A stretch of DNA of 64,000 bases from an uncultured beta proteobacterium (GTDB taxonomy: Bacteria > Pseudomonadota > Gammaproteobacteria > Burkholderiales > Casimicrobiaceae). A program made the translations under genes and the position numbers. Below, piece after piece: positions 9,989-23,345 of this stretch (positions are counted from its first letter, which is position 1; every line of letters begins with the position of its first letter). The stretch covers positions 437,903 through 501,902 of the forward strand of contig CAWHNE010000029.1 in NCBI GenBank assembly GCA_963830485.1. Reading direction: 5' to 3'. Below the pieces are notes generated by a model, which had not been told where the DNA came from, made no database searches, and was given only the letters and a program-made list of their open reading frames with translations.

Positions 9989-9992
<4 letters not shown>
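9282..9992 (+). CDS. DUF1028-family (Ntn-hydrolase-like) protein
   Basis: 236 aa with MTWSLLARD... N-terminus, ...SVAGNML... and ...[12 protein letters not shown]... Its stop overlaps the next start (ATGA 9989-9992). Confidence 0.7.
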
Positions 9993-11001
<1,009 letters not shown>

Positions 11002-11005
<4 letters not shown>

Positions 11006-12081
11006 GTCGGCGGGAGAGCGGGCAGGCGCCTCTGCTGCGGGTCGAAGGTCTCGTCAAGCATTTTCCGGTGCGGCGCGGGCTGTTCGGTCAGGCAACGGAC
11101 GTCGTGCGCGCCGTCGACGGTGTCGACTTCGAGCTCGCGGTCGGCGAGACGCTCGCGCTCGTCGGCGAGTCGGGCTGCGGCAAGTCGACGACCGGGCGGC
11201 TCGTGCTGCGACTGCTCGAGCCCACCGCGGGCACGATCCGCTTCGACGGCGTCGACCTGACCGCACTCGGCGAAAGTGCGCTGCGGCCCTACCGGCGCGC
11301 GCTGCAGATCATCTTCCAGGACCCGTTCGCCTCGCTCAATCCGCGGATGACGGTCGGGCAGGCGCTCGCCGAGCCGCTCGCGCTGCACGGCCTCGCGGAC
11401 GGCCACCGCTCCGAGCGCGTCGCGGAGATCCTGCAGCAGGTGGGGCTCGCGCCGACGCACGCGCGCCGCTACCCGCACGAATTCTCGGGCGGTCAGCGGC
11501 AGCGGATCGGCATCGCGCGCGCGCTCGCCGTCGAGCCGCGGCTCATCGTTTGCGACGAGCCGGTCTCGGCGCTCGACGTCTCGATCCAGGCGCAGGTGAT
11601 CAATCTCTTGCGCGACCTGCAGGCGCGGCTCGGGCTCGCGTACATCTTCATCGCGCACGATCTCGCGGTCGTCCGCGTCATCGCCACCCGGATCGCGGTG
11701 ATGTATCTCGGACGGATCGTCGAGCACGCCGAGGCGCGTGCGCTCTTCGCGGCGCCGCGCCATCCGTACACGCAGGCGCTCCTGTCCGCGATCCCCATTC
11801 CCGAGCCGGCGCTGCGGCGCGAGCGGATGCTGCTCGCGGGAGACGTCCCGAACCCGATCGATCCGCCGTCGGGCTGTCGCTTCCGGACGCGCTGCCCGCA
11901 CGCGCAGCCGCGCTGCGCCGAGGAAACCCCACTCCTCGAGTTCGACGCGGGGCACGGCGTCGCCTGCCACTTCTGGCGCGCGATCCCGCGTCCGGCGTCA
12001 CTCGTGCCGGATGCCGCCGCGCTGCCGCCCAATCCGCGGCTCGAGCGGCTGCAGGCGGCGTTCCGCACCGTCGTGGCGTGA
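11002..12081 (+). CDS. ABC transporter ATP-binding protein (DppF/OppF-like)
   Basis: ATG 11002 overlaps the previous stop (ATGA). [37 protein letters not shown]. The first part of ORF 10525..12081 is spurious. Confidence 0.9.
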
Positions 12082-12166
12082 CCTGCGCGACGGCGCCGCC
12101 AGTGGTGCTATCCTGACCCGCACGGCGGTCGCGAACGCGCTCGCCCATCGCACAACGGAGACCACG

Positions 12167-13693
12167 ATGCCCCGCCTTCAAAGCCGTGCTCCCTTCGTCG
12201 CCGCGGCCCTCCTCGCCGCCGCGCTCGCCGTCCCCGCTGCCGCGCAGACGTTGCGCATCGGCCTGGCCGAAGATCCCGACGTGCTCGATCCGACGCTCGC
12301 GCGGACGTTCGTCGGCCGCATCGTCTTCTCCGCGCTCTGCGACAAGCTCTTCGATATCGACGAGAAGCTCGCGATCGTCCCGCAGCTCGCGACCAAGTAT
12401 GAATGGGCGCCGGACGGCAAAGCGCTGACGATTCAACTGCGGCCCGGCGTCACGTTCCACGACGGCGAGAAGCTCGACGCGGCCGCGGTCAAGTACAGCC
12501 TCGAGCGGCACAAGACGATGGCGGGCAGCAACCGCAAGGGCGAGCTCGCGCCGGTGACGACGATCGACGTCGTCGACTCGATGACGGTGCGGCTCAACCT
12601 GTCGGCGCCGTTCTCGCCGCTCCTGGCTGCGCTCGCCGATCGCGCGGGCATGATGGTGTCGCCGAAAGCCGCGCAGGCAGCCGGCGACAAGTTCGGCGCC
12701 AATCCGGTGTGCACAGGACCCTTCAAGTTCGTCGAGCGCGTCGCGCAGGACCGGATTGTCCTCGAGCGCTACCCGAACTACTGGAACAAGGGCGAGATCC
12801 ATCTCGACAAGATCGTCTACCTGCCGATCGTCGACTCGACGGTGCGTCTTGCGAACCTCAAGTCGGGCCAGCTCGACTTCATCGAGCGGCTCGCGCCGTC
12901 GGACGTGCCGGCGGTCAAGGCGGATGCGCGGTTCAAGATCTCGAAGATCACGGAGATCGGCTACCAGGGGATCACAATCAACACGGGCAAGAGCGACCTC
13001 GCGCAGAAGAACCCGCTCGGCAAGGACCCGCGCGTGCGCGAGGCCTTCGAGCTCGCGCTCGACCGCGACGGCATCGTCCAGGTCGTGATGGAAGGCGAGG
13101 CCGACGTCGGCAACCAGTGGGTGGCACCGACCAACGCCTACTACGCGAAGAACATGCCGATCCCGAAGCGCGATGTCGCCAAGGCGAAGAAGCTGCTGCA
13201 GGAGGCCGGCGTGCCCAACCCGAGCTTCACGCTGATGGCGCCGACGACCGCTGACGGGCAGAAGCTCGCGCAGGTCGTGCAGGCGATGGTCAAGGAGGCG
13301 GGCTTCGACGTGAAGATCCAGGCGACCGAGTTCGCGACCTCGCTCGACATGGCCGACAAGGGCCAGTTCGACGCGTACGTGCTCGGGTGGAGCGGCCGGG
13401 CGGATCCCGACGGCAACATCTTCAGCTTCTACGGATGCAAGCAGCCGCTCAACTATTCCGGCTATTGCAAGCAGGAGGTCGACGACCTCCTCGTGCGCTC
13501 GCGCACCGCCGGTGACCCGGCCGAGCGGAGGAAGGCGTACGATCAGATCGCCGCGATCGTGCTCAAGGATCGTCCGGTTGTGTACGTCTACCACCGGCAC
13601 TGGCTGTGGGCGTACACGAACAAGCTCACGGGCTTGCGCACGGTGCCCGACGGCATGGTGCGCGTGCAGGGGCTCAGGTACAACAACAGCTGA
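12167..13693 (+). CDS. ABC transporter substrate-binding protein, family 5 (DppA-like)
   Basis: ATG 12167 gives signal MPRLQSRAPFVAAALLAAALAVPAAA. It continues in the frame of ORF 11738..13693. Confidence 0.9.
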   Translation: MPRLQSRAPFVAAALLAAALAVPAAAQTLRIGLAEDPDVLDPTLARTFVGRIVFSALCDKLFDIDEKLAIVPQLATKYEWAPDGKALTIQLRPGVTFHDGEKLDAAAVKYSLERHKTMAGSNRKGELAPVTTIDVVDSMTVRLNLSAPFSPLLAALADRAGMMVSPKAAQAAGDKFGANPVCTGPFKFVERVAQDRIVLERYPNYWNKGEIHLDKIVYLPIVDSTVRLANLKSGQLDFIERLAPSDVPAVKADARFKISKITEIGYQGITINTGKSDLAQKNPLGKDPRVREAFELALDRDGIVQVVMEGEADVGNQWVAPTNAYYAKNMPIPKRDVAKAKKLLQEAGVPNPSFTLMAPTTADGQKLAQVVQAMVKEAGFDVKIQATEFATSLDMADKGQFDAYVLGWSGRADPDGNIFSFYGCKQPLNYSGYCKQEVDDLLVRSRTAGDPAERRKAYDQIAAIVLKDRPVVYVYHRHWLWAYTNKLTGLRTVPDGMVRVQGLRYNNS

Positions 13694-13700
13694 CAGGTCC

Positions 13701-14642
<942 letters not shown>

Positions 14643-14671
14643 GGCCTGCTCCATAGCGTGAACGGGCCCTG

Positions 14672-15546
14672 ATGGCGACGCTCGCGATCGACGTCCTGCC
14701 GCGCGAGGTGAGCCCCGGACGCCGGGCGCTCGCACGGCTCTTCCGGCGGCCCTCGGCCGTCGTCGGCCTCGCCGTGGTCGTCGCGTTCGTGGTCGTCGCG
14801 ATCGCCGCGCCGCTGGTCGCGCCCTACGACCCGCTGGCGACGAGCTGGAGCGCCGTGCGCAAGGCGCCGTCGGTCGCGCATCTCTTCGGGACCGACGAGC
14901 TCGGGCGCGACGTGCTCGCGCGCGTCGTGTATCGGCGCGCGGGCCTCGCTGCTCGCGGGCGTCGTGTCGGTGCTGATCGCTCTTTCGCTGGGCGTTCCGC
15001 TCGGACTCCTCGCGGGCTACGCCGGCCGCTTCTCCGACGCGCTGATCTCGCGCGTCACCGACGCGATGCTCGCCACGCCGTTCCTGATCCTCGCGATCGC
15101 GCTCGCCGCGTTCCTCGGGCCCAGCCTCGAGAACGCGATGATCGCGATCGGCATCTCGGCGACGCCGGTCTTCATCCGGCTCACGCGCGGCCAGGTGCTC
15201 GCGGTGAAGGTCGAGGACTACGTCGAGGCCGCGCGCGCGCTCGGCAATCCCCGGTGGCGGATCGCGCTCCGGCACATCCTTCCCAACATCGTGCCGCCGC
15301 TGATCGTGCAGGCGACGCTCGCGATCGCCGCCGCGGTCATCGCCGAGGCGAGCCTGTCGTTCCTGGGCCTGGGCCAGCAGCCGCCCGCACCGAGCTGGGG
15401 CAGCATGCTCAACACCGCGAAGAACTACGTCGAGCAGGCGCCGTGGATGGCCGTGTGGCCGGGGCTCTCGATCTTCGCGCTCGTGCTGTCGTTCAACCTG
15501 CTGGGCGACGGCCTGCGCGACGCGCTCGATCCGCGGGACGCGCTGA
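14672..15546 (+). pseudogene. ABC transporter permease (DppC-like), frameshifted
   Basis: Codons 1-87 are in the frame of ORF 14672.. (...GTDELGRDVLARVVY). The protein continues as ...SVLIALSLGVPLGLLAGY... in frame +1 (ORF 14964..), with an extra C at ~14933. That frame has no stop until 16901. TGA 15544-15546 is reached only if one base of CGGG (15534-15537) is removed, giving ...DALDPRTR*. The 3' end is therefore inferred. Confidence 0.75.
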
Positions 15547-15564
15547 GACCGTCTGGCTCAGCGC
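15540..15564. terminator. GC-rich hairpin GCGCTGAG-N9-CTCAGCGC at the junction of convergent genes
   Basis: Perfect 8-bp stem read from the sequence. It contains the stop of the minus-strand gene (tca 15558-15560) and the inferred TGA of the permease. There is no U-tract. Confidence 0.45.
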
Positions 15565-17365
15565 GCTGCGAACGCGACGCCCCAGCGAGCCCCAGCGTGT
15601 GGATTCGCTCGGGTCCGATGAGGTCGCGTAAGATACGCGGGCCGCTCGGGCGCCGGCAACGCGCGCTCGAAGATGTCCGGCGCCGCGGCCAACGCGGCGC
15701 GCGTGTCCGGATCGGCGGCGGCGATCGCCAGGGAAGCGGGATCGACCCATGCGGTCTCTCCCGATTCGATCTGTGCGTAGATGCGACCCGTCGCCTGGTT
15801 GACGAAGTTGACGCGACGAAAGCGTCGAATGCACTCGATCACGAACGCCGTATTGCGCTCGGCGGCGAGGATCGACGGATCCGGATACAACTGCGCGGCG
15901 GAGGTGGCATTGATGTTCATCTGCCGATAGCGTTCCACGTCGAGCAGGCAGCCGACGTCGAGCACGTTGAGCGTGTCGTTCCAGCCGAAGGCAACGGTCC
16001 GCGGCCGCTCGCCCTGCGCGACGCTGTTGTCCAGGAACTCGAAGTGCACGCGCTTGTCGGTGCGGTTCGCCCAGGTGAAGAAGAGCCCCGGCATGCCGGC
16101 GTACGCCTCGACCGCGTGCGCGAGGATGTCGTCGACCGCCTTGTAGCGTCCGACGTCGAGGCCGCGTTGCCACGCGCGCTCGACGAGCGAGGCGGGCGGC
16201 GTGATCATCAGGAAGAGATAGACGAGCTCGCCGAAGCGCGTCAGCAGATTGCTGCCGGCTTCGTTGGAATCCGGCGCGAAGCTGTCGAAGCGGAACCGGT
16301 CGATCAGGAGATGCGTCATCCTGCCGGCCTGCGCCTTCGTGGCCATGTAGCGGTCAAGCTTGTGGTCGATCAGCGCCACTTCCTCGCCGGTGAACGCGCC
16401 CGCGTACTTGTACGCGTCGCCGAGGCTTCCGTAGTCGAGCAGCTGCTTGCGCCAGATGTCGGGGCTGATCAGCGCGAATTCGGCCCAGTCGACGCCTATC
16501 CGCGCCGCGAGCCCGCGCTGCAGCGGCCGCAGCGTACTCTTGCCCGACGCCGATGCCCCTTTCGTGTTCATCACGACCGGGCGATCCTGGCGTGGCAGGA
16601 CGCGGAAGCCTTCACGGCGCGCAGCCTCCTCCAGCATCGGCTCGAGCGCGGCGCCGATGCAATCGCCGGCGGCGTCGTTGCACGCGAGGCCCGTGGCGAG
16701 CCGCGCGATCATCTCGCGCGTTCCCCACGGACCGCCGTGCCGATTCAGGAGCGCCGTGACGATGCGGGCGAGCGCGCGGCACGCGGCGCGCTCGAGCGGA
16801 TCGCCGTCCGCGTGCGCTCGCGCCTCCCACTGCGCGATCACGCCCGCATCCCAGGCCGGTCCCGTCGGGTCGATGGGCGCCGCCGGAGGAGGGCCGCGTA
16901 GCAGCGCAGAGAGCCACGACCGCGGCGCCGGCGCGGCGGTCGCGACCGGCGCGGGCGCGAGGCGCGCAAGCTCGGCGTCGACATGCGCCGCGATGCGCGA
17001 TCGCGCTGCGTCGTACGCGGCGACGAGCGTGTCCATGCGCGGCTCGGCATATTCCTTGAGGATCGTCCGCACGATTGCGCGGAAGTTGATGCCAAGGTCC
17101 TCGATCTTCTGCCCGTCCGGCACGGAGAAGTCTGCCATCACGCGCACGAGGAGCTCGTGCAGCGCGAGGCGCTCGGGCCGGAACACGACGAGCGCGGCCG
17201 GCTCGAGACCGGTCAAGTCGGCGAGCTCGGAGGCCTCGGCCGGTGTCGTGAACACGCTCTCGGGACGGAAGATCGTCGCCAGGTGCGCGAGCGCCGCGGG
17301 GATCTGCGAGGAGAGTCCCGGATTCCAGGGACCGACCGCGACGGCGCGGTCGACGACGGTGGAGC

Positions 17366-17369
<4 letters not shown>
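15558..17369 (-). CDS. 603-aa protein with an unknown N-terminal half and a zeta-toxin-like P-loop kinase C-terminal half
   Basis: In frame with ORF 15558..18443. A GTG start at 17369 overlaps the upstream stop (GTGA). Walker A in ...VVMNTKGASASGKSTL..., followed by ...LLIDRFRFDSF... and ...LFLMITPPASLVERAWQRG..., resembling zeta-toxin/AAA_33 kinases. Confidence 0.7.
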
Positions 17370-18391
<1,022 letters not shown>

Positions 18392-18528
18392 GGGCGGGTC
18401 CCGGCGGTAAGGGCGTGCATGGAGCGCGTGGCGGCGCCCGCATACCCCATCTTACCGCGCGGCGGCGGCGCGGCCTTTAGCAGCCCGGCACGCCGCGGCG
18501 CGGCCATGACGGGTCTTGCATCGGGCCG

Positions 18529-19020
18529 CTAGTGCGGCGGCAGGCGGGGCCGGGCCGGCACTGCGCGCGAGTGCTGGCGGCGCCGGTCCGTACGTGTGTC
18601 CGGTGGACGCTTGCGCTCGGGGGTCCAGACGCCGCCGTAGCCATAACCGTAGGCGTACGGGTAGTAGTCCGGCGCCTCGGGGTACGCGGGGCCTTCCTGG
18701 ACCACGTACGCGGTGCCGGGATCGTAGTAGCGCCGCTCCAGCGTCGAACGCCGCTCGTCGGCGATGCGCTGCGCCGCGCTGCGGTCGAGCGCGTCGCGCT
18801 CGCGGTCGAGGCGTGCGATCGCGGCCGGGTCGGCGTCGCCGGCGCGCACGTCGAGGCGCTCGCCGTCCTTGCAGGGAATGTCGGTGTAGCTGATGCCCAG
18901 ATTGCGGTCGACGCATTTGTAGATGGGCGCGGACGCGCCCCACGCGTGCGTTGCTACGGGCACGACGAGGGCCGCCGCCAGTGCGGCGGCAAGGTGCTTG
19001 CCGAGGCCTCGTGCGGTCAT
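18529..19020 (-). CDS. DUF4124-domain secreted protein with Tyr/Gly/Pro-rich tail
   Basis: Inside ORF 18529..19068, ATG at 19020 (MTARGLGKHLAAALAAALVVPVATHA). DUF4124-like IYKCVDRNLGISYTDIPC. Tail ...PDYYPYAYGYGYGGVW... Confidence 0.7.
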   Translation of the reverse strand: MTARGLGKHLAAALAAALVVPVATHAWGASAPIYKCVDRNLGISYTDIPCKDGERLDVRAGDADPAAIARLDRERDALDRSAAQRIADERRSTLERRYYDPGTAYVVQEGPAYPEAPDYYPYAYGYGYGGVWTPERKRPPDTRTDRRRQHSRAVPARPRLPPH

Positions 19021-19099
19021 CGCGGTTGCGTCCGTGCGATCGATTCTACGCCGATCGTACCGATGCAAACAGGCGGTCCGCGCGTCCTGTTCCCCGCGC

Positions 19100-19852
19100 T
19101 CAGCGCTTGACGAACCGCAACGCGAACTTGTCGGTCGGATCCTTCGGGTCGTTCGACGACTCGGTGCGCGAATCGGACGGATTGCGGAGGAACGTGCCTT
19201 CGGCCTCGAGCACGAACCCCGCCTGCACGAGCTCGCTGCGCACGACGGTCTCGTCGATCCGGTGCAGCGTCCTGCCTTCGCTCACGCCGGTACCGGGCCT
19301 CCCGGAATGATCGACGACGACGAGGCGCCCACCCGACTTGAGCGCAGCGTACAGGCGTGCGTTCATCTTCGCGCGGTCGACCGGCAGATAGGTGATGTCG
19401 TGGTAGTTGTTCACGATCGTGATCAAATCGAGCGGCGGCGCGTCGGGCGGTACCGGATCCTCGAAGGGCCGCTCGACGATGATCAGGTTCGCCTGCGGGT
19501 GATCGGCGAGGCGCTTCTGAAGCGCCGGTCCCGGGCGCTGCGACTGCGCCCACAGCTTGCCGGTCGGCGCGACCGCGAGCGCGATCAGCTGCGATGTGTA
19601 GCCCGCGCCCGCGGAGACGTCGAGCGCCATCATCCCCGGCTTTGCCTGCGTGAACGGAAGGAACTCGGCGGGATGGCGCGAAGCATCCATCCGGCGATCC
19701 TGGTCGGTGCGGATCGGGTTCGCGATCACGCTCTGGTAGCGCGTGGCGGCGGCGCGTCCATCGTCCGCCGGCGCCGTCGCGCAGCCCGCCGCGAGTGCCA
19801 CGGCGCAGGCGATGGCGCCGGCGAGCCCCGTTCGCGCGGTCAGGATCGTCAT
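19100..19852 (-). CDS. lipoprotein-type class I SAM-dependent methyltransferase
   Basis: Last 250 codons of ORF 19100..20278. ATG at 19852. Lipobox LAAGC. SAM motif ALDVSAGAGYTS. C-terminal ...GGRLVVVDH... Confidence 0.75.
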   Translation of the reverse strand: MTILTARTGLAGAIACAVALAAGCATAPADDGRAAATRYQSVIANPIRTDQDRRMDASRHPAEFLPFTQAKPGMMALDVSAGAGYTSQLIALAVAPTGKLWAQSQRPGPALQKRLADHPQANLIIVERPFEDPVPPDAPPLDLITIVNNYHDITYLPVDRAKMNARLYAALKSGGRLVVVDHSGRPGTGVSEGRTLHRIDETVVRSELVQAGFVLEAEGTFLRNPSDSRTESSNDPKDPTDKFALRFVKR

Positions 19853-19863
19853 AGCACGGGCCT

Positions 19864-20352
19864 TCACTTGTAGGGGGATGCCGTTCCCGGCGAGGGCGGC
19901 GGAGCCGCCGGCTTCCTCGTCGGCGCGCACAGCCGGCCGAGCATCGCGTCGCCCAGCGTGTTCGCCTTGATCGGGCGAAGCTCGAGCTCCTTCGGCGGAA
20001 TCTCGAACCGGGCGACCGTCGCCTGCTTGTCGTCGCGGTAGATCATTGCGGAAGCGCCCATCGTTCGCTTTGCGCAGTCGGCGACGTTGAACGCGAGCAT
20101 GTCCGTGTATTGCCGCGGCGCGCCGTTCTCGTCGTTGATCGGCTGCGGCGCCTTCGGCACCGTGCGGAACCAGCCCTGGCGGCGGCCATCCGCGCCGGTG
20201 GTCGGTGGCGAGGCCTGAACGTAGATTTCGACGCCGTCGGGCTGGGCGCCCAGGTAGACGAACTTCTCGGTAGCGCAAAGCGCGGGCATCGACGCGACCG
20301 CCGCGGCGATCGCGATCGCGCCGCAGCGAGCGATGCGGAAGGTCCCTCGCAT
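19864..20352 (-). CDS. hypothetical secreted protein
   Basis: ATG at 20352 (MRGTFRIARCGAIAIAAAVASMPALCA), 3 nt after the upstream stop at 20355. 162 aa with two Cys. No family assigned. Confidence 0.6.
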   Translation of the reverse strand: MRGTFRIARCGAIAIAAAVASMPALCATEKFVYLGAQPDGVEIYVQASPPTTGADGRRQGWFRTVPKAPQPINDENGAPRQYTDMLAFNVADCAKRTMGASAMIYRDDKQATVARFEIPPKELELRPIKANTLGDAMLGRLCAPTRKPAAPPPSPGTASPYK

Positions 20353-20354
20353 CG

Positions 20355-22349
20355 TCAGCCGCCGAACCCGAGCTTCTGCACGAACGGCTTCCAGCGCGGG
20401 TCGCCGTGCAGCGGCTCGAGGAGCCCGTCCACGGCCGTGTACACGACGCCCGGATCGCGCTGGACGTACGCCTTCTCGAGCCATTCGAACGCCTTGTCCG
20501 CGTCGTGCCGGTCGGCGTGGGCCTCAGCGACCTGGTACGCAGCCGTCCACCCGAATTCAGTCTCCAGCGTCCGCAGCGCCGCGTCCGCCTCGGTCTGCCG
20601 CCCGAGCGCGCGCTGAATCATCGCGAGTGCCAGGTTGCGGAAGACGGCGTGCGGCTCCGCCTCCGCCAGCGCCAACCCCTCCTGCGCGCGGCCCTGCAGC
20701 AGGCGCGTGATCGCGAGAAAGGCGTGACCGAGACCCGCGGTCGGATTCAGGTCGAGCGCGAGCTGGAACGCCGCCGCCGTGTCGTCGAGCCGATTCGACA
20801 TCAGATAGATCATCGCGGCCTGGCGATGCGTGGGGGCCGACAGCGGATCGAGCGCGATGGCCTTGCGCACCAGCTCGAGCGCCTCGTCGCGCCGCCCGAG
20901 AATCCGCGCCAGACTCGCGGCCGACCGCAAGGCGTGGGCGTCGCCCGGCGCGAGCTCCAGGGCGCGCCGGAACGACGCTTCCGCCGCCGGCCAGTTCCAG
21001 TCGTGGGCTTCCTGAATGTGGCCGAGCTCGATGTGGCCCTCGGCCAGATCCGGCGCGAGGGAGAGCGCGCGCTGCGCGGCCTCGCGGCCGCGCTCGTAGC
21101 CTTCGCCGATCGGCGCAAAGCCGTAACCCGCCTGGATTTGATGGATTCGCGACAGACCCGCCCACGCGAGCGCGAAGTTCGGATCGATGGCGAGCGCGCG
21201 CCGAAACAGCTCGATCGCCTTGTCGGTGTCTGCCTGCGTGGTCCGCTCACCGAAGAACTTGCCCTGGAGGTAGAGCTGGAAGGCTTCGGGATTGTCGCCG
21301 CGCCCGGCGGCGGCGCGGCGCACTTCGGCCGCCGCTGCGGTGCCTGCCGCGGTTTCGGCCGGCTCGCCCATCAGCGCGGCGCGAAGCTCCTTGACCACCG
21401 ACTGAGCGATGTCGTCCTGCACGGCGAAGATGTCGTCGAGCTCGCGGTCGTAGGTTTCCGACCACAGGTGCGAATCCGACTCGACCTCGATCAGCTGCGC
21501 GGTGATGCGCACGCGCTTGCCGGACTTGCGGACGCTGCCTTCGAGCACCGTGGCCACGTTGAGCTTCTGCGCGACGGTCGGGATGTCGACGTCCTTGCCC
21601 TTGAACGAGAACGCCGAGGTGCGCGACGCGACGCGCAGGCCGCGAATCTTCGCGAGCACGTTCAGGAGCTCTTCCGACAACCCATCGGCGAAATATTCGT
21701 TTTCTTCGTCGCGGCTCATGTTGACGAACGGCAGCACGGCGATGGATGGCGTTTCCTTGTCCGCCGGCGCGAGCTGCGACTTGAGCGGCGGGAAGCTCTG
21801 CTGCAGGTCGGGATGGCAGACCTGGAACACCGCTTCCGGCCGCCCGAGATCCTTGAGGCCATGTGACCCCAGCGCCTTGACGCTCGCGAGCGGCGGCAGG
21901 TGATCGCGGCAGAGGTCGTGCGTCGCTTCGGAGAGGAGCGTCTGCCCGCCGTGACCCGCCGCGAGCAGCCGCGCCACGCGGTTGAGCGGAGCACCGAAGT
22001 AGTCACCGTCCCGGACCTCGACCGCGCCCGAATGCAGCGCCATGCGCACGCGCAGCTTGGCCCCTTCGGGCCAGGGCTCGCGCGAGAGCGCCCGCTGCGC
22101 GTCGAGCGCCGCGGCGAGCGCGTCGGAGGCGGTGTGGAACGCGGCGCAAAAGGCGTCGCCTCCGGTCTTGAAGACGTGCCCGTCGTGATCGTCGATGCAG
22201 TCACGCAAGAGCGCATCGTGACGTGCGAGAGCGGCGCGCATCGCCGCCGCGTGCGTTTCCCACAGCCGCGTGCTGCCCTCGATGTCGGTGAAGAGGAACG
22301 TCACCGTGCCGGTCGGCAGCGAGGTTGTGGCGGCGCTTTGCGGGGTCAT
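20355..22349 (-). CDS. class III adenylate/guanylate cyclase fused to TolB-N-like and TPR domains
   Basis: Inside ORF 20355..22421, ATG 22349. Cyclase motifs VTFLFTDIEGSTRLWE, KTGGDAFCAAF, GAPLNRVARL. Then IAVLPFVNMS...YFADGLSEEL (TolB-N-like) and multiple TPR repeats. Confidence 0.9.
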   Translation of the reverse strand: MTPQSAATTSLPTGTVTFLFTDIEGSTRLWETHAAAMRAALARHDALLRDCIDDHDGHVFKTGGDAFCAAFHTASDALAAALDAQRALSREPWPEGAKLRVRMALHSGAVEVRDGDYFGAPLNRVARLLAAGHGGQTLLSEATHDLCRDHLPPLASVKALGSHGLKDLGRPEAVFQVCHPDLQQSFPPLKSQLAPADKETPSIAVLPFVNMSRDEENEYFADGLSEELLNVLAKIRGLRVASRTSAFSFKGKDVDIPTVAQKLNVATVLEGSVRKSGKRVRITAQLIEVESDSHLWSETYDRELDDIFAVQDDIAQSVVKELRAALMGEPAETAAGTAAAAEVRRAAAGRGDNPEAFQLYLQGKFFGERTTQADTDKAIELFRRALAIDPNFALAWAGLSRIHQIQAGYGFAPIGEGYERGREAAQRALSLAPDLAEGHIELGHIQEAHDWNWPAAEASFRRALELAPGDAHALRSAASLARILGRRDEALELVRKAIALDPLSAPTHRQAAMIYLMSNRLDDTAAAFQLALDLNPTAGLGHAFLAITRLLQGRAQEGLALAEAEPHAVFRNLALAMIQRALGRQTEADAALRTLETEFGWTAAYQVAEAHADRHDADKAFEWLEKAYVQRDPGVVYTAVDGLLEPLHGDPRWKPFVQKLGFGG

Positions 22350-22505
22350 GGGCGAACGCGGGGCTGCGACCGCCGGTCCGGCGTTCACGGCCGGCCGGCG
22401 AGGCGAGCCCGGACGCCGCATTATCGCCGGATTCGCGAGATTTCTCCCTGCCTGCGGTCGGGCAGGCGGGCGCGCAAGGCGAGGGCGGCGCCGCCGCCCG
22501 TCCCG

Positions 22506-23165
22506 TCAGCGCTTCGTGAAGAGCCCGGGCCACTCCTTCTGCAGGGCCGCAAGCTTGGGCAGGTCGTTGATGACGATATACGGCTGCGTCGGGTGCAACG
22601 CGAGATAGTTCTGGTGGTAGTCCTCGGCCGGCCAGAACGCGGGGAGCTTCGCCACCTGGGTGACGATCGGACCGCCGAACGTCTTCGCCTTGTCGAGCTG
22701 GTCGATGTACGCCTCGGCAACGCGCTTCTGCTCGTCGTTCACGTAGAAGATCGCGGAGCGGTACTGCGTGCCGACATCCGGCCCCTGCCGATCCTTCTGC
22801 GTCGGGTCGTGCGCGACCGAGAAGAAGACGGCGAGCAGCTGGCCGTAGGACACCTGCGCGGGATCGTAGGTGACCTCGACCGATTCGGCGTGCCCCGTCC
22901 GACCCGTGCCGACCTGCTCGTAGCTCGGCTTGACGATCATGCCGCCGGCGTAGCCCGAGACGGCACGCGTCACGCCCTTCACGTGCCGGAAGACGGCCTC
23001 CACCCCCCAGAAGCAGCCTCCTGCGAACACGGCGGTTTGCGGCGACTTGACCGACGCGGCCGGGATGTCGACGGCGGGGGCGGGCAGTGGGGCGGCTCCG
23101 GCGTACGCGGCAAGTACCGGCAGCGCCAGCGCCGCGATGAAGCGGCCGATCGATTTGGCGGTCAT
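22506..23165 (-). CDS. msrA: peptide-methionine (S)-S-oxide reductase, exported form
   Basis: Last 219 codons of ORF 22506..23690. ATG 23165 with signal MTAKSIGRFIAALALPVLAAYAGA. Catalytic GGCFWGVE motif. Confidence 0.9.
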   Translation of the reverse strand: MTAKSIGRFIAALALPVLAAYAGAAPLPAPAVDIPAASVKSPQTAVFAGGCFWGVEAVFRHVKGVTRAVSGYAGGMIVKPSYEQVGTGRTGHAESVEVTYDPAQVSYGQLLAVFFSVAHDPTQKDRQGPDVGTQYRSAIFYVNDEQKRVAEAYIDQLDKAKTFGGPIVTQVAKLPAFWPAEDYHQNYLALHPTQPYIVINDLPKLAALQKEWPGLFTKR

Positions 23166-23345
23166 GAACGTTCTCCCGTCTCGCGGCTCCCCGGTGTCTC
23201 CGGGGCCTGCACGCATTGGTCGGTCCGGCGCCGCAAACATTGCAGCGTCCGTTCGACCTCGGCCGCGGGTAGCGGTTCGCGCCGGCGGACGCTCACCCCC
23301 TGCTATGATCGGGGATATTCCGGCCGAGGTGTCCCTCGCCGCGCC

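Noticed and set aside
14964-16901. 645-aa ORF continuing past the DppC-like permease
   Set aside because: Beyond ~15546 it is antisense to the well-supported zeta-like gene and is R-rich. I explain it by loss of the stop through a single-base indel.
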